64,000 nt of DNA from positions 97,156,001-97,220,000 of the forward strand of contig NC_086108.1 in NCBI RefSeq assembly GCF_963921235.1, read 5' to 3'. The notes beneath the pieces were generated by a model. The model saw only the letters and a program-made list of their open reading frames with translations. It had not been told where the DNA came from and made no database searches. Source of the stretch: Mobula hypostoma. Lineage: Eukaryota. Shown here piece after piece: positions 61,945 through 64,000 of this stretch (its first letter is position 1; every line of letters starts with the position of its first letter). The position numbers and the translations under genes are program-made.

Positions 61945-64000
61945 CCCACAAGAATTTTGAGAGGGAGGGAGTGCAGCCAGATGTCCTGGTACATGTTGGT
62001 ACCGATGAAATAGGAAGGAAAAGCAATGATCTGGTGAAAAGAGATTTTAGAGAGCTAGGTAGAAAGCTGAGAAGCAGGACCTCTAGGGTAGTAATTTCTA
62101 GATTGCTACCTGTGCCGTGTGGCAGTGAGGGTAGAAACAGGATGATCTGCAAATTCATGCGTGGTGCAAGGGTAGGGCTTCAGGTTCTTGGATCATTGGG
62201 ATCTCTTCTGGGGGAGGTATGACCTGTTCAAAAGTGATGGGTTGCACCTGAACTTGAGGGGAATCAATGTTCCTGTGGGCAGGTTTGTTAGAGCTGTTGG
62301 GGAGGGTTTAGACTAATTTGGCAAGGTGGTGGGAACTGGAGTGAGCCAGGATAGGATGGGGATGGATGGTAAAAAAAGCAAAGATAGTGTGCAGACAGAC
62401 TGTCAGGAAGGGCAGACAGATGATAGGACATAATTGCAGCCAGCAGGGTGAGTATCACAGATGATAGGACATAATTGCAGCCAGCAGGGTGAGTATCACA
62501 GATGATAGGACATAATTGCAGCCAGCAGGGTGAGTATCAGTGCATTTGGGATACAGAATCATAAAGGGTAGCAAATACAGTACTCAAAGTGTTATATCTC
62601 TATGCATGGAGTATAAGAAATAAGGTGGGTGATCTTGTTGCGCTTTTACAGATTGTCAGGTATGACGTTGTGGCCGAAACTGAGTTGTGGCTGAAGGATG
62701 GTTGTAGTTAAGAGCTGAATGTCCAAGATACATGTTACTGTATATCAGGGGGCTAGAAAAGTAGGCAGAGGGGGTGGTGTGGCTCTACCGGTAAAAAGAA
62801 TGACATCAAATCATTAGAAAGATGTGACATGGGATTGGAAGATGTTGAATCTTTGTGCTATGAGTTAAGAAATTGCAGGGGCAGTTATATACAGGCTGCC
62901 CAACTGTAGCTCGGATGTGGACCACAGATTACAACAGGAAATAGAAAATGCGTAAAAAAAAAAAAAAAAAGGGCAATGTTATGATAGTCGTGGGAGATTT
63001 CAACATGCCGGTCGAATGGGAAAATTAGGTTGGAAATGGATCTCAAGAGAGTGAGTTTGTTGATGGCTTTTTAGAGTAGTTTGTCGTTGAGCCTTCTAGG
63101 GAATCTGCTATACAGGCTTGGGTGTAATGTAATGAACTGGAGGCGATTATGGAGCTTAATGTAAAAGAACCCTTATGAACCAGTGATCTACTTGAAATTT
63201 GATAGGGAGAAAGTAAAGTCTGACATAACAGTATGTAGTGGAGTAAAGGAAATTACAGTGGTACGAGAGAGGAGTTGGCCAAAATAAATTGGAAGGAGCT
63301 GCTGGCATGGATGACAGCAGACCAGCAATGGATCAAGTTTCTGGGAAAAATGAGGAAGTTGCAGGATAAATGTACTCCAAAAACCATATAAAGACTCAAA
63401 TAACAAAATAGTACAACTATAGCTGACAAAGTAATGTAAAAGCAAAAGAGAGAGCATATGACAAAGCAAAAATTAGTGGGAAGACAGAGGATTGGGAAAA
63501 TTATAAAACCCAGAGAGTGACTAAAATATTGTCCTGAAGAATATTGTCAATATTAAACCGGTCTGCGGTGCAAAAGAGGTTGGGGACCCCTGACCCAAGG
63601 GTACATAAGTCACCCGGGCCAGATGAACTGTAGCCTAGAGTTCTGAAAAAGGTAGCGATAGAGACTGTGGAGGCATTGGTAATGATCTTTCCTAAAGTTA
63701 CTGGACTCTGGCATGGTGCCAGAGGACTGGAAAATTGCAAATGTCACTCCACTCTTTAAGAAAGGAGGAAGGCAGCAGAAAGGAAATTATAGACGAGTTA
63801 GCCTGACTTTTGTGGTTGGGAAGATGTTAGAGTCAATTGTTAAGGGTGAGGTTATGGAGTACTTGGTGACACAGGTCGGCATGGTTCCCTTCAGGCAAAA
63901 TCCTGCCTGACGATCCTGTTGGAATTTCTTGAGGAGATAACAAGTAGGATAGATAAAGGGGGTGTAATGGATGTTGTATATTTGGACTTTCAGAAGGCCT
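61945..64000 (+). mobile_element. CR1 LINE (ORF1 esterase, APE and RT remnants), running off the window; hAT-like end at ~63540-63592
   Basis: QPDVLVHVGTDEIGRK; ETE.WL..; GDFN; VPEDWKIANVTPLFKKGGRQQKGNYR. Confidence 0.88.
62416..62539. repeat. 41-bp unit x3 perfect tandem repeat
   Basis: acagatgataggacataattgcagccagcagggtgagtatc at 62416, 62457 and 62498. Confidence 0.97.

Overview
Repeat-dense, gene-poor eukaryotic DNA, most likely an intron or intergenic region of a cartilaginous fish (ray or shark; inferred only from the repeat inventory: CR1, Rex1/Babar, V-SINE-like, Penelope-like). No host protein-coding gene is recognised. Almost every interpretable ORF is a fragment of CR1, Rex1/Babar, RTE, R4/Dong, Tx1/L1, Penelope-like (PLE) or Tc1 elements, often nested 3-4 deep with readable target-site duplications (TSDs). 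The most interesting system is a young PLE family carrying minimal hammerhead ribozymes (HHR; AGUC-CUGANGA-AGG..CCU-GAAAC-GUC-GACU). It appears as (i) a 2.7-kb RT + GIY-YIG copy with only two coding lesions and a 13-bp TSD (20339-23027); (ii) a 251-bp protein-free insertion that is a near-perfect 101-bp-arm palindrome with an intact HHR core on each strand and a 13-bp TSD (36730-36980); and (iii) several older inverted-arm insertions. Most of these insertions share one architecture: two outward-facing 3' ends, one with the ~40-nt tail and one without. All coordinates were read by eye. Boundaries without a TSD are approximate, and family names come from motif recognition, not database searches.
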